Positions 1 through 11,185 of a stretch of 64,000 nucleotides of DNA are shown here, in pieces. Both the position numbers and the translations under genes were made by a program. The notes beneath the pieces are model-generated. The model was not told the origin of the DNA. It saw only the letters and a program-made list of their open reading frames with translations, and ran no database searches. The stretch spans positions 682,001 through 746,000 of the forward strand of contig MU057503.1 in assembly GCA_013265495.1 (NCBI GenBank), read 5' to 3'. Numbering within the stretch: position 1 is the stretch's first letter; each line of letters opens with the position of its first letter. The DNA is from Vicugna vicugna. Taxonomy: Eukaryota.

Positions 1-1924
1 ATACAACAGGGGCTGAAACGCTAGTCTTTGAAGGAAGCTGAGCTATTTTCCACAGAAAAGGGACAGCCCAGGAGCTCCACCCCACAGGGGATGACTTCAT
101 TATAATGTTAAATCTGAAAAAATAAAGGAGAGCATAGCCACTTGCTTTAAAATAAGAAATTAGTACCTTCTGCAGGTTACCAGAACAGTAGATGAAATAT
201 TTTAGGCTACTTTGGACTCATCTGCAAATAAGTGATTTGGAGAACTCTGTTAAATGAAACCTCCCACACTACACCCCACCCATTCCTTTTCATTGTATTC
301 CACAAGAAGTGGAGAACCTCGAGGTTCTTCAGTTGCAAAAGTCAAACTGAAGTCCCCAGGCAGGAGCTCTGCAAATAGGTGTAAAAGGGGTGGGTGTGCT
401 AGAGGAGATTAAAAGGGAGGAAAAAGGAAAAAAAAAAAAAAAAGGCCAGGGGATTTCTGCGTTTGAGGCAAGAGAGAAACAGTGGTTTTTCTGTCATCAC
501 CACTATACAGCCAACAAATGTGATTTATTGGTGATAGCTAATTAGGGCGAATGAGGGGGTGGGGGGGAGGATGAAATAGCCTAGAGTTTCCAAAATAAAT
601 CCAAATATTTGTGGGCTGTTTGCCGGAGTTAAATATGGTTATTTCATCAAAATTTTCACAATTTTGAACTTCGTGAGACAGAAAGAACTTAATAATACTT
701 TCAACATAAACTCTCAGCTTTTTTTAAATATCCATGTCTGGGACACATAAGAAAAGTAGTAGGGAAAAAAATGCTTTGTTACAGCTATAACCTAAGTAAA
801 ATGATGCTATAATTATTATTTATTCTTTCTGTCCAAGCAAAGAAATTTATCTCTGATAAAACTTGAATATGGTGCTGTCACACACAGAGCACCGCACATT
901 CTCTGGCATTATCTATTGTTGTCATTTCAGGCACAAACTCCATATCCCCTAGTATCTCTAAGTCCAACTGACCATCAGTAGGAGAGAGGTTGGGCAAACA
1001 GGTAAAGAAGAAGAAAAGTCAAAATATGTTCACAACCCATTAAAAACTGGATGGACTTTCAGGTCCCTGAAGCACTTGAGTAGTATTTAAACTTGTGGAC
1101 AAAGAAAGGAAGTCACTGACCTGTGGGGTCTCTGGGCCAGACTATTACTTCCTGTCGACTCTCTCCCAGCTGGTCGAACAGGCTAAGTCAGTGATTTCAA
1201 CACCAAACTAAAAAATAAAACTTGCTAATCTATGTTGTTGGAAAGATGTCATCTGTAACTGCAATGCTTTACAACCCAGCACATAGCCCTGAATCAAACG
1301 GAGAAATTTCAGCCACAATAGGAGCCAAGAAATTCCACCGAGCACTATGCCAATAATATTGAATTAATAAATGAGGGTCTTCCGTTTCTGTATCCCCAAA
1401 TCTTACAAGGATCATTCAAGCTAATTCTCTAGTTCTATAACTATGAGTATCTCTTTTTGAAAGGAATTAACAATAAGTAAGAAAACTCTCTAACTCCTCC
1501 ATCATCAAGTGATGCCAATTCTTCCTCCCAGGAAGGCTTAGAGAGTAGCTCACCTTCTAGAAAGGTAAGCAAACCATGTCTGACTCAGTCCTTGACTCAC
1601 TAGCACCCCGCTCATCCCCACTCTGAGGAACCTTCCTGCCAAGTCTAGCCCTCTCAGGTACCTTCTAGAACAAAGAGAATTCCTCCTCCAAGTAGGTCCT
1701 GGGCAGTCGCGGTCTCTGACCAGAACCACAATTCCTACTTTTCTTTCTCCCCTTGCCTATTTCAGCCATTTTGATCATTCAGGATGTATTTTTTCAGGAA
1801 GATAAATGACAGTTCAAGGTTTGGGGAAGTGGTACCACATCTCACAGAGGGAAGTGGCAAGAGAATGTTAGTGGTGAATCCTGGGTACAGATGGATGAGC
1901 CAGAGTTTGACACACTGTAAGGAG

Positions 1925-2152
1925 GTAGTCTGGTGTTGTGGGCTCTCGAGTCAGACTGCTCAGGCTCAAACACAGGCCCTGCTAAGGTGGTATGACTCTG
2001 GACAAGTTGCTTAACTATTCAGTGCCTCTGTATCCTCATCTATAAAACGGAAATGTTAGTGCCTACCTAATGGGGTTGTTGTGAGAATCAAATCATATAA
2101 TACAAATCTGGAAACAGTGTGAGCACTAAACAGTTAGCACTATGTTAGCTAT
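1925..2152 (+). mobile_element. MIR SINE
   Basis: Core ggacaagttgcttaac...gtgcctctgtatcctcatctataaaacgg...ggttgttgtgagaat. Confidence 0.85.
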
Positions 2153-4506
2153 TTTGAGTACTAGGTATACATTCTGAAAGAGTAAGGTAATTCTGTAAGT
2201 ATTGACTTGGAATAAAGTCTGTGACAGTGTTTTGTCAAAATGCTACAGAAAAACATGGTTAGTCTCAATCTATTTGGGGAAGAAAAAAAAGAAAGGCATG
2301 ATACATATTTATAGGTGCATCCAAGTTAAGTCTAGAAAGGCAGGTACACCACTCAAACATTGAACTGTCACGCGGCCCAGGGGCGTGGGGAGGGGGAGGG
2401 GCTGCACTTACATTTGTACATAAGTCTTTGCTTGAATTCACAAGTATGTACCACTTTTATAACTGGCTTTAAAAATTGAACATTTTACAGTGGTCTTTCT
2501 CATCTTCAAATTGAATTTCTCATCCCAGTCTAGGAAAAGACAAGCTTCTTAGACACAAGGAAACTGAGGTCCCGCTAAGAGCAGGTAGAGCTCTCCCAGC
2601 AGTACCTCCCCGGCATGACTCATCTCGGATCCCCTTATATTCTTCACAGCCCCGGCACATCACATGCCTGCTGAGAATCCCAACATTTTTAAATTGGTTG
2701 TTGTTTCCCCTTTCCTTTCCTTCCTGCTGTCTGAGGTACTCCTTTAAGTAGCTTCCACATTCCATGTTTTAGCCTTTTTCTTCCTCTTTCACCACTTGCC
2801 TACCTGTCTCTCAGCCTCTCAGACAGGTGCCCTAGCCCTGGGGAACGCACTGGAGTGACAATGGGCCTTACACATTCAGGTTTTTGACAGACACAAGGGC
2901 CTCCACCTTCACAATTGCAGGACTCGGTATTCCTCCCACGTGCTTTTTGCCTCGCAAAGGGTCCAAATGGGCTTTTAAACAAGGTAGGGTTTGGGGGCTT
3001 TATGTTTGCCTGTTGCTTTATTGCAGTCAAGAAACAATACTTGGTGTTTCGGCAGGCGCTTTTCGCTCCCAAGGGTGTTTCTTTTTGCTTTGGCTTTCTC
3101 CTGAAAGGTGCCCTGCTATTTTGTACCTCCCTACCCTCAACGTTCTCCACCATGCTTGTCCTTTATTACGTGTTAATTTTTATTGTTTTGGCATCCAACA
3201 CTCTCACTTGTTTCCTATCTTTTACACTCCAGTCATCTATTCCCATTTAAACATTTTCTGTTTCAGCCCATGGAGAAACGGCTGTATAATGAATGAGGAA
3301 GGAAAAGAGAATATGAGATCCTAGAAGAGAGTCTCCCAAGCTATTTCTCGCCCCGGAACCCGGAGCTTCGGGAACCATGCCTTCTCGGGGGTATCGGGGC
3401 CACCAGAACCGGGTCAGCATCAAAGCGCCCAGGCGTCGGGAGAGCTGATTAGTTCCCCAATGAACCAATCAGAGAGCGAGGCTGTGCACTGGTAGGGGAG
3501 GGCTAGGATTACAGAGCGGATGGAGTTAAAGGAAAAGGGTCAGGTGTGCCAGGCACCAAGGTTTAGCGTGCACTTCTGCACCCACAGGGTTATTATTAAC
3601 CCCGCAACTCTGGTTTCCTAAATTCTACCTTGAGTTACCCAGTAACGCCGAATAGGAAAAGAAACATTACTTATCCTATCATTCATAAGATGGTCATTAG
3701 TAGTCAATAGAAGAGTAACCGTAGAGTTGGAGGGAGGCCATTAAAATCCTCCCTCTCTCCTTTCCCAGTTCCATTCCAGGTCCTCAACTAACTCAATCGG
3801 TTCTTGAAATAGTAAAGCACTCCAACTCTCGCTTAATCACCAAAGCTGATTACCAAAACGCTATCATTAAACACCTGGAGTAAGTTTCTCCCTCCCCAAG
3901 GACTGGGGGGAATAGTATTGGCATATACCAAAGGCGCAGGGTTATACTACCTAGTAAAGGAGAAATGAACGAGCCCTTAGGCTTAAGTCAGAGAAACTGA
4001 GACCTCCTGAACTGTGCAACCACGCACGCGACCACGGCCACCTCCAGGGCTCGGACACCCACCCCCGACTCCCCGGGCGCAGCGATAGTTCCTCCAAGCT
4101 CTACCCAACAAACTTCACGCGGAGGCACAAAGATTTGGGGGGGATGGGCGCACAGATATCAGATTTCCCTGCAGTGTTTCAAACTTCAGCAGAGCAGTTC
4201 CACGCACTTTCTTCCAAGTGTCACAACCCCCAGATTGACAGCCGCGTCTAGCCTTAGCTTTCCCACGGTCCAGCACTGCCACCCACCCATCTACCAACCA
4301 AACCCGGGCTGGAGATGCCGCGTCCTTGGGGTTGGGGGAAGGGGGTGTCGGAGAAGAGAGAAATGGCCAGTATAAGAAGTGCTCGCCGAGGCCTGGACGC
4401 CGGCAGCCAGCGGAGGGCCCTGGGGCCGAGGAACAGGGAGAGAGGAGGGATGGAACCGTGCGGGGAAGGGCCGCGAGAAAAGCAGGGGCGCCGCCGGTGT
4501 CGCTGC

Positions 4507-4512
4507 ACTCAC
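4507..4512 (-). other. PPM1H: 5' splice donor of PPM1H intron 1 (GTGAGT)
   Basis: Minus strand reads ...TACGCAGA|GTGAGTgcag, a consensus donor. The ORF-track stop at 4509 is intronic read-through. Confidence 0.92.
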
Positions 4513-4757
4513 TCTGCGTAGCCAGTGGCCCAGGGCAGCCGCCGGGTCTCCTTGAGGATGAGGATGGGGCGGGCGATGTGGTCGGCGCTGCACTCCACCT
4601 CGTCCTGAGACAGCCCCAGGAACTCGGGTCGCCCGTAGGGAAAGCGCAGGGGCAGGTCCGAGCCTCCACAGCCACCGCCGCTGTGCTCGGAGCCTGAGCT
4701 GCCAGCCATGATGCCGCCCATGAAATTGGCCACGGCAGACTTCACTCGGGTGAGCAT
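4513..4757 (-). CDS. PPM1H: PPM1H (protein phosphatase, Mg2+/Mn2+-dependent 1H; Rab phosphatase opposing LRRK2), first coding exon, 245 nt
   Basis: Translation MLTRVKSAVANFMGGIMAGSSGSEHSGGGCGGSDLPLRFPYGRPEFLGLSQDEVECSADHIARPILILKETRRLPWATGYAE matches the PPM1H N-terminus as I recall it. ATG at 4757, upstream in-frame TAG at 4904-4902, ends at GCA GA|GTGAGT (phase 2), lies in a CpG island. Confidence 0.96.
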
Positions 4758-4758
4758 A

Positions 4759-4833
4759 TTACTCCGGAGCCCGGCAGCAGCGGTGCGAGCAGGGGGCGGC
4801 GGCGCGGGCCCGGCGAGGCGCAGCGCGTGGCAT
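4759..4833 (-). other. Putative uORF (24 aa) in the PPM1H 5' leader, stop 1 nt before the main ATG
   Basis: ATG at 4833, MPRAAPRRARAAAPCSHRCCRAPE*, junction GAG TAA T ATG. Confidence 0.55.
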
Positions 4834-4901
4834 GCAGGCTGCGGCGGGCGCCGGGCGCACGGGCAACCGGGCCGCTGGGCGCGCCGCGCGGTTCCCAGAG
4901 C

Positions 4902-4988
4902 CTAGTGCTGCAGGGGGCCGAGCCCCGGCCTCCCGCGCTCCGCGCCGCCGCCGCCTCCCCCCGCTACACTTCCGCAACCCAGCGGCAT
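4902..4988 (-). other. Putative uORF (28 aa), in the main CDS frame but stopped by TAG
   Basis: ATG at 4988, MPLGCGSVAGGGGGGAERGRPGLGPLQH*; requires a TSS upstream of 4988. Confidence 0.4.
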
Positions 4989-6780
4989 GGAGCGGGCCGG
5001 CCGCGCCGGTGGAGATGCTGCGCGCTCCGGGAGCGACTGGGCGGCCGCAGCGCCAGCAGGTCTCTTCCCCGCCCGCTGCGCTCGACTCCTGCGTGAGCGG
5101 AACTGAGCCCACCCGGCGAGCCCGCGGAGCCGGCGCGGCTGCTGCCAGGGCTACCGCCGCCGTGGAGTCATGTGATAATCCGGCTGCAAGGGCTCCAGCG
5201 ACTGCTGGGGCCGTAGCTCGGCCCCTCCCCTGCCGGCGGAGCGAGGCTCACAGCCGGACGGTGACCTCCTCGGTGAGGGGGAGCCAGGCCGGGTCGGTAC
5301 CTGACGGAGGAGATGGGGGCGCTGTGAGCTGGTGGCGGTGCAGGTGTTGGCGGCGGTCACGTGGAGCCGGGCCGCCGGGAAAAGCCAGTTGAGGAATCCA
5401 CTCGCGGAGGAATGCTGCCTACGCCTTCGGGAAAGGAAACTTCGAGAGCTGGAGGGGTAAGAGGAGACAGGTGGAAACCCTGCGGACGGCCTCAAGGCCT
5501 GCAGTGGAAGGAGAAACACCTGGTGTGAGAGACTAAGGCGCTTTAAAAAAAAAAAACACCCACAGTGGTTGCATAAAAATCATTAAAAGTTTTCCCCTAG
5601 GTATATCTAGAATTACTTTTCTTTTTCTTTTCAGTACTACCACACGCATTATTATCTGCGGAGTAAAACTTACTTCGAACCCCAGAATAAAAGCTAAACC
5701 GCGAAGAAAACAGAAGAGCTCTAAGGAATTGAAAGTAAGCACTTATTTCACCTAGTTAATTAACTGCTTGCTAGATTGATACAAGCATTTTCCTCCAACA
5801 AAGCAACAAAACCAAAGTATCTTTTCAAAGCTGACGCTGTTTGCTGTTGATAACACTTAATGCAGCCTTGTCTTAATTTGAAATATTGTTGTGAAATTAT
5901 CTAAGGGCACCTTAAAACTAAAGGAATTTAAATAGAGTTAAGCAATTCAAATGCTGAAGTAAAAATGGTATGTTTGGAACAGTAAAATTTTGTGGTACTC
6001 TTATATTAAAACAAAATGCGAAAAACCGATGAATGTGCTGCTTCAGAAGGTAACAGTCGTTAATTACTGGCTTAAAAATTTTTGTTTGCAAGAGAGCTGT
6101 ATCCTGCTCATGTTTACTTATTCTGTATCCTGTTCCTGTTTACCTACCATTTAATTTGCCAAGATTCTGTGTTACTTGTGGAGTTGTGCCCTGAATGGCT
6201 TACTTGGAATTCAGGAGGGAATACAGGCCCTCTGTCTCAGTGAGTGGGAGGCGGGGAGCAGCCCAGGTTTGATTCAAAGGTAATTCTTTGAAGAGGAATT
6301 GGAATCCTCGCTTTTAGGGGAGGCCTAAATAAACTTCACTGATCCCTCTTATTCAGTATCTATAATGTATTTTAAGGCATTTTCCCCTTTGGCTTTTTCA
6401 TGAATAGTTACTTTGATCTACTATACACCAAATAATTTTATATATACCCACACACACACATGAACATACAGCATTGAATTTTTCAGTGAAATACCATTCC
6501 AGTCAATGAGTTCTCTTATTACTTTTCACAGAACAGTGATTCTCTAATTTAAAATTTCTTTAATTTTAAAATTGGGGGCAGGATTCTAAAAGATGTAAAA
6601 TCTAAATAAGTCCACCAAAAGTTTTCTCAACCTTTGTTAAATTATAAACTCCTTCTGAATGCAAAATATCAATGTTAAACAGCCAACCACATGCTCTGGA
6701 ATCCACTGAGTTTTATATAAACTTAGAATCCTCTTCTCAAGCTTTTGTTGTAGGACAGTTACCTTTTAGCAATAGCCTTT

Positions 6781-6935
6781 GGGGGGAGGGTGGGGGGTGG
6801 TATAGCTCAAGTGAGAGCTTGCTTAACATGAGTGAGGTCCTGGGTTCAATCCCCACTACCTCCTCCAAAAATAAATAAATAAGCCTAATTACTCCCCTCC
6901 CACACAAAAAAAAGCAAAAACAAATTAAGGAGAAA
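6781..6935 (+). mobile_element. Camelid vic-1-type tRNA-Ala-derived SINE
   Basis: G-rich head, A-box tagctcaagtg, B-box ggttcaatcc, A-rich tail. Confidence 0.85.
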
Positions 6936-8039
6936 AAATTTTAATGCGTTTTGAATACTTCAGTAACTAACTACTGAGATGAATTTAATAGGCTCTTCCC
7001 TTCATTTCACCTTATGGCAAAGCTTTAGTATTTACCAGAAAAAGGATTTATTTTTCAATTTAAAAGTAGTACTAGATCATGATCAATAAAGAAAGAAAAT
7101 CCAATAGTACAGAACTGTAAATGGGAAAAGGAAAAGACTCCAAAACATTTCCCCAGAGGATCACTGCTGTTAATATTTTCTGTAGCCTCTCGAAATTTTT
7201 CTCAAATAGGACATTTAGCATAATTAAATTTGGTAATGTTAGCCATATTTGTGAACCAGTGTTTTGTAAGAAGTTATTTTACAGTTTCTCTGTAACCTAG
7301 TTATTATCCATCATGGGAAAATGCTGGCAGATCTTTCACTTTGCACAGCAGACTTTGTTCTGCTAATGGCAGGCAAAACAGAAATTCCGTGCTTGTTCTC
7401 CTTTGACTATGCCTGTAGTTTGTGTTCACGGCTAACTAATGAATCAACTGCCTTGTCCTTATACCCACCTCTAAGGTCAGTGTCCCATCCTAGATTTTCC
7501 AGAGAAATATTTCCCATGTAATTTACTCCTCAATTATGTCATTCATGGAGATCAGTGCTTCAGGTAGGACGTAAATCCTTATTAAAATGGGTGTGGTCAT
7601 TGCTTTTAGGAAAGCCCCTGAAAAAGTACCTCCCATACCTATTACAGATGCGAATTTGCCAGTACCTGCGCTCTCAGCTTTAGAATTATTTATTCCTTAA
7701 ATTCAAATGATGTAGTAATCAAAAATTGAGAGACCCTCAACGTGTTTGTTACACCCTGTGTGTGCACTCAGGTCATCAAAAGATATCCTTCATTTGTCTC
7801 TCTTGTGTTTTCTTTCCTCTGGAAAATGTGAGTTTGAAGACTTCAAAAGGACGTTCATTTATAAGATAGAAACATAGACCTTATACTTAAATGTTCTTTG
7901 TATAAATATAATCTCACTTCTAGGCCTATAATACTATGGTTTTGACTATTCAATGACTCTGTGCCATCAGTAAGACTATTTTCAAAAGGGGAAAAAAAAA
8001 GTCTGGATAACTTCTTCAGTCAAAACATCAGGGAGCCCC

Positions 8040-8420
8040 CCCCCATATTAATTAATTACAAAAGTAAAAGTTAATACCTTGCAGTGGAACAACCTGGCAG
8101 TCACCAGCTAAAACAAGTGATCAAGGTTAACATCACCAGCAGTGATATATTAACATCCTGTACCTGCTGACATTATGCATTAAAAAGAACACATCCCCAA
8201 ATCCTTAACTTCAGTATAATCATGAGAAAACAGGAGTCAAACGTAAACCAAAGATATTCTACAAAATACCTGGCCAGGTATCTTCAAAGGTGTGAGGGTT
8301 CTGAAAGTCAAGGCGAGTCCAAAGAACTGTCAGACTGGGGATAAAAGGGGCACAACCTACTACAGTGCTGATCTCAGTTTTGATATCAGCATTAGGGGAA
8401 AACCGGGTGAAGGGTATACA
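8040..8420 (+). mobile_element. Old L1 (L1MC-like) 3' fragment
   Basis: cagtggaacaacctggcagtcacc...caagtgatcaaggttaacatcaccag...attctacaaaatacctggcca resembles L1MC 3' ends. Confidence 0.65.
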
Positions 8421-8559
8421 GGAACAGAAATATTAAAAACGATCAAGGAGATTTGGGATTCAAGTAGAAAGCAAATGCTTACTTGGAAATCAGGCCAGGA
8501 GAAAGATGCATAACGCCCTTCTAGGACTCAGCCCTCTCACAGCTGTAGGGTCGTGCCTC

Positions 8560-8692
8560 CTAGTATTGTAACTAGCAGTTTATCTACGTTGTCCCATTAG
8601 ACAGTGAAATCATATAGGACAAGAACATTCTTAATTATCTTTGTATTTCCAGCACCTAGCCTAGTGCTTAACAGGTAATAGGGCTCAGTTGG
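8560..8692 (+). mobile_element. L2 3' end fragment
   Basis: cccattagacagtgaa...tttgtatttccagcacctagcctagtgct. Confidence 0.6.
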
Positions 8693-8702
8693 TAAATTAA
8701 TT

Positions 8703-8780
8703 GGTTTTTTAATTGAAATACAGTAGTTACAATGTGTCAATTTCTGGTATAGAGCACAATGTCCCAGTCATGCATACACA
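8703..8780 (-). mobile_element. Severely 5'-truncated lineage-specific L1 3' end
   Basis: T-tract plus aattgaaatacagtagttacaatgtgtcaatttctggt; flanked by taaattaatt at 8693-8702 and 8781-8790; related to copies at 31517 and 63820. Confidence 0.7.
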
Positions 8781-11069
8781 TAAATTAATTCCTTAAGAAA
8801 AATATTCCACTCAGAGAAGAGTGTAACTTGATTGAATGACCAAATTTGTTACTTTTATGCCCTCTGTTTTCTTAAAGATTTTTCCCTCATGTTATCCCTT
8901 AAGATTTGTCTTATCTATAAGCAGACCTTCCTTAACCTGTGACATCTAATAAGTCAATTTCCAGATTGGTAATAATATGGATATCAAGGCATATGGGTCT
9001 CTGCTTCACACCAAACTGGTAATCTGTTGTATATCAACCAAGATATGACATTAAAATAGTTAATATTAACTAGCTTTTGCTTCAGAAATAGTTTATATTC
9101 TGGTTTCATGTGTAGAAATATACTGGCTGAAAATCCCTGACTTACTGGGAGGGATTTGTTTTTTCATAGTAAACAAAACCATTTATTTGTAAATAACAAT
9201 TTCCTTATGAACCAAGAGGTTTATAACTAATTTTTGAGGACAGTGTTACAGAGTCTCAACAGATTTTACATGTGTCAAGTATAGACATTCTCTCAATTAC
9301 AACCGTTTGATTTTGGAATCTCAGGTACATTCAAAGAATGGATTACACCTGACTTTTCCTGTTACTTTCCTACTGGCCACCGTCTATAGACTATTCTGTC
9401 CCGTGCCCACATTGCCCTAGACTGAAACTACTGCTTTGTACCTGATGAGGGAATTGTATAAACCTGAATCCCTGGTCCCATAATACCTACTGTAGATTAG
9501 AGTCTGAAATGTGCTGATTATCAGAATATTTACAAAATGGGAGAAAAAATAAAGTATTCCAAACTCACAGGGTAGCTGTGAGGATAAGGGAGAAAATAGT
9601 TACAAACACGACATAAGTAATATTGACCCAGGGCTATCACCCTTCTCTACGTATATCTATTTTTTCTCTTAGTTTTTAAAATGAAAATTTTAAACCATTT
9701 CCTCTTTCTGATTTTTACTGACAACAATGAAAATAGAAGCACCTGCTGCATAGGATTATTTTGATGATTAAATGGAATAACATGTAGATTCCTAGTATTC
9801 TTCCTGACATAGAGTGGATGGTTAATAAATGCGTAATTAGTATTAACATCCTGATGGCACCGTGTGCCGTGAAGGGTGGAGAGTTTACATATGTTGTTTC
9901 CAATGCTGGTAACCAGCACTTAAAAGTTAAACAGTATTTTTGATGCTCTTATTCAACACCCCCCGTTTATTCTTGAAGAAACTGAAGTTGAGGAGAGGAA
10001 ATGACTTGCCCAAGACCACACAGCTAGTAATGAAACAGTACCCAGTCCCATTGTGTACTTTATTTCATATTCCATCAAGTAGAAAGTTTACATTACAACA
10101 GATTTTTTTCCTGCCTTCTCTAAGTAAAGACTTGGTATTTCAGTTATCTTGAGGATTTTTATAAATTTTCTATGGATTTGGAAATTTAAAAAATTTTTCC
10201 TAGCAACCTTATAACCTAGAAGGTTATAAGTACAATAATGTCATTTGGAAATTGTTCCAAATTCCAAACAAATTACTTTCCAGTGAGGTTTTTGGATAAA
10301 ACTTGTTTCTAAATTGGGAGCTGCTTCGGTCATACTAAAGTTGTAGGAGAATTCTAAATTCTGTTATACTGAAAATATCTTTTTTAAAAATTATAGTATT
10401 ACTGATCTATTTCCAAGCCTTACCACATAAACTTCTCTTTTAAAATGTGTTCTATCCTGCCGCTCTCCTGCCATTTTAAAATTCCTGCTACCGGGATTAT
10501 TTTGCCAAAGTTAGAGTGGTCTGAGTGAGGTAGCCGAAGGAGATTGTCTACTCAATGGGAAGGTCAGTTTTTGCTCAGAGAAGGGCATGTGGTTCACAGA
10601 ACTTCAGAAATCAAGGAATAAAGACAGCTTCTTAACGAAGAGCTATGAACTCAAATTGCTTTTTACTCCCTCAAAGGATATCTTGCTCTATGGCAGTATA
10701 TGTGACAGCTATCAAGAATGTCTTGAAACGCAGAATTAGTTGCTTTGTCCTTTTTGTCATCAAACTGCATTTTGAATCAAAGTAGAGAGACTTTTGCTGC
10801 TTGCCTGTAAATATTTTTATCAGCTTTCCAAAACCAAAACACAGAAGAATGTCATGGCAAATAATCTCATATTTCATTCAAAACCAAGGCCACCCACCCC
10901 AGTTACCCTGATTATCCTTTCCTAATGAACACATCCTATGTTTACCAACTTTCTCCTTATGTCTACTTCAGTGAATTTTAAAAAATGAATTTATTGTCTC
11001 CATTGTCTTCTAATTGCTTTGGCTGTGGGAAATTGGCCTATTAGATTGCACTTCCTTGTTAGAAAAGTG

Positions 11070-11185
11070 AATTCACTGGCCCCATCCCATATCTATTGAA
11101 TCAGAACCCCTGGGGGTGGTACCCAACAATCTAATTTAACAAGCCTTCCAGGAGATCGATAGAAACCGTTTGAGAAACACTGGTG
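11070..11185. mobile_element. MER5A-like hAT-Charlie fragment
   Basis: tgaatcagaacccctgggggtgg...tttaacaagccttccagg...tttgagaaacactgg. Confidence 0.7.

Larger units (their letters stand above)
1..4512 (-). other. PPM1H: PPM1H intron 1 (5' part, continues beyond the window start)
   Basis: Lies downstream of the donor on the minus strand; no PPM1H exon 2 sequence recognised in 1-4512. Confidence 0.85.
4020..5500. promoter_or_regulatory. PPM1H: CpG island covering the PPM1H promoter, 5' UTR and exon 1
   Basis: Very GC- and CpG-dense relative to AT-rich flanks. ETS-type CACTTCCGC 4967-4975, AGTCATGTGA 5166-5175, GGTCACGTGG 5355-5364. The TSS cannot be fixed from sequence. Confidence 0.9.

Noticed and set aside
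2800..3324. Overlapping 111-146 aa ORFs in intron 1
   Set aside because: No recognisable protein similarity and no supported exon structure.
4509..4757. Stand-alone 82-aa small protein
   Set aside because: The stop lies within the GTGAGT donor; this is exon 1 of a spliced gene.
4115..5519. Many overlapping 65-186 aa ORFs on both strands
   Set aside because: Stop-poor GC-rich CpG island giving low-complexity Arg/Ala/Gly/Pro translations. Only 4513-4757 matches a known protein.
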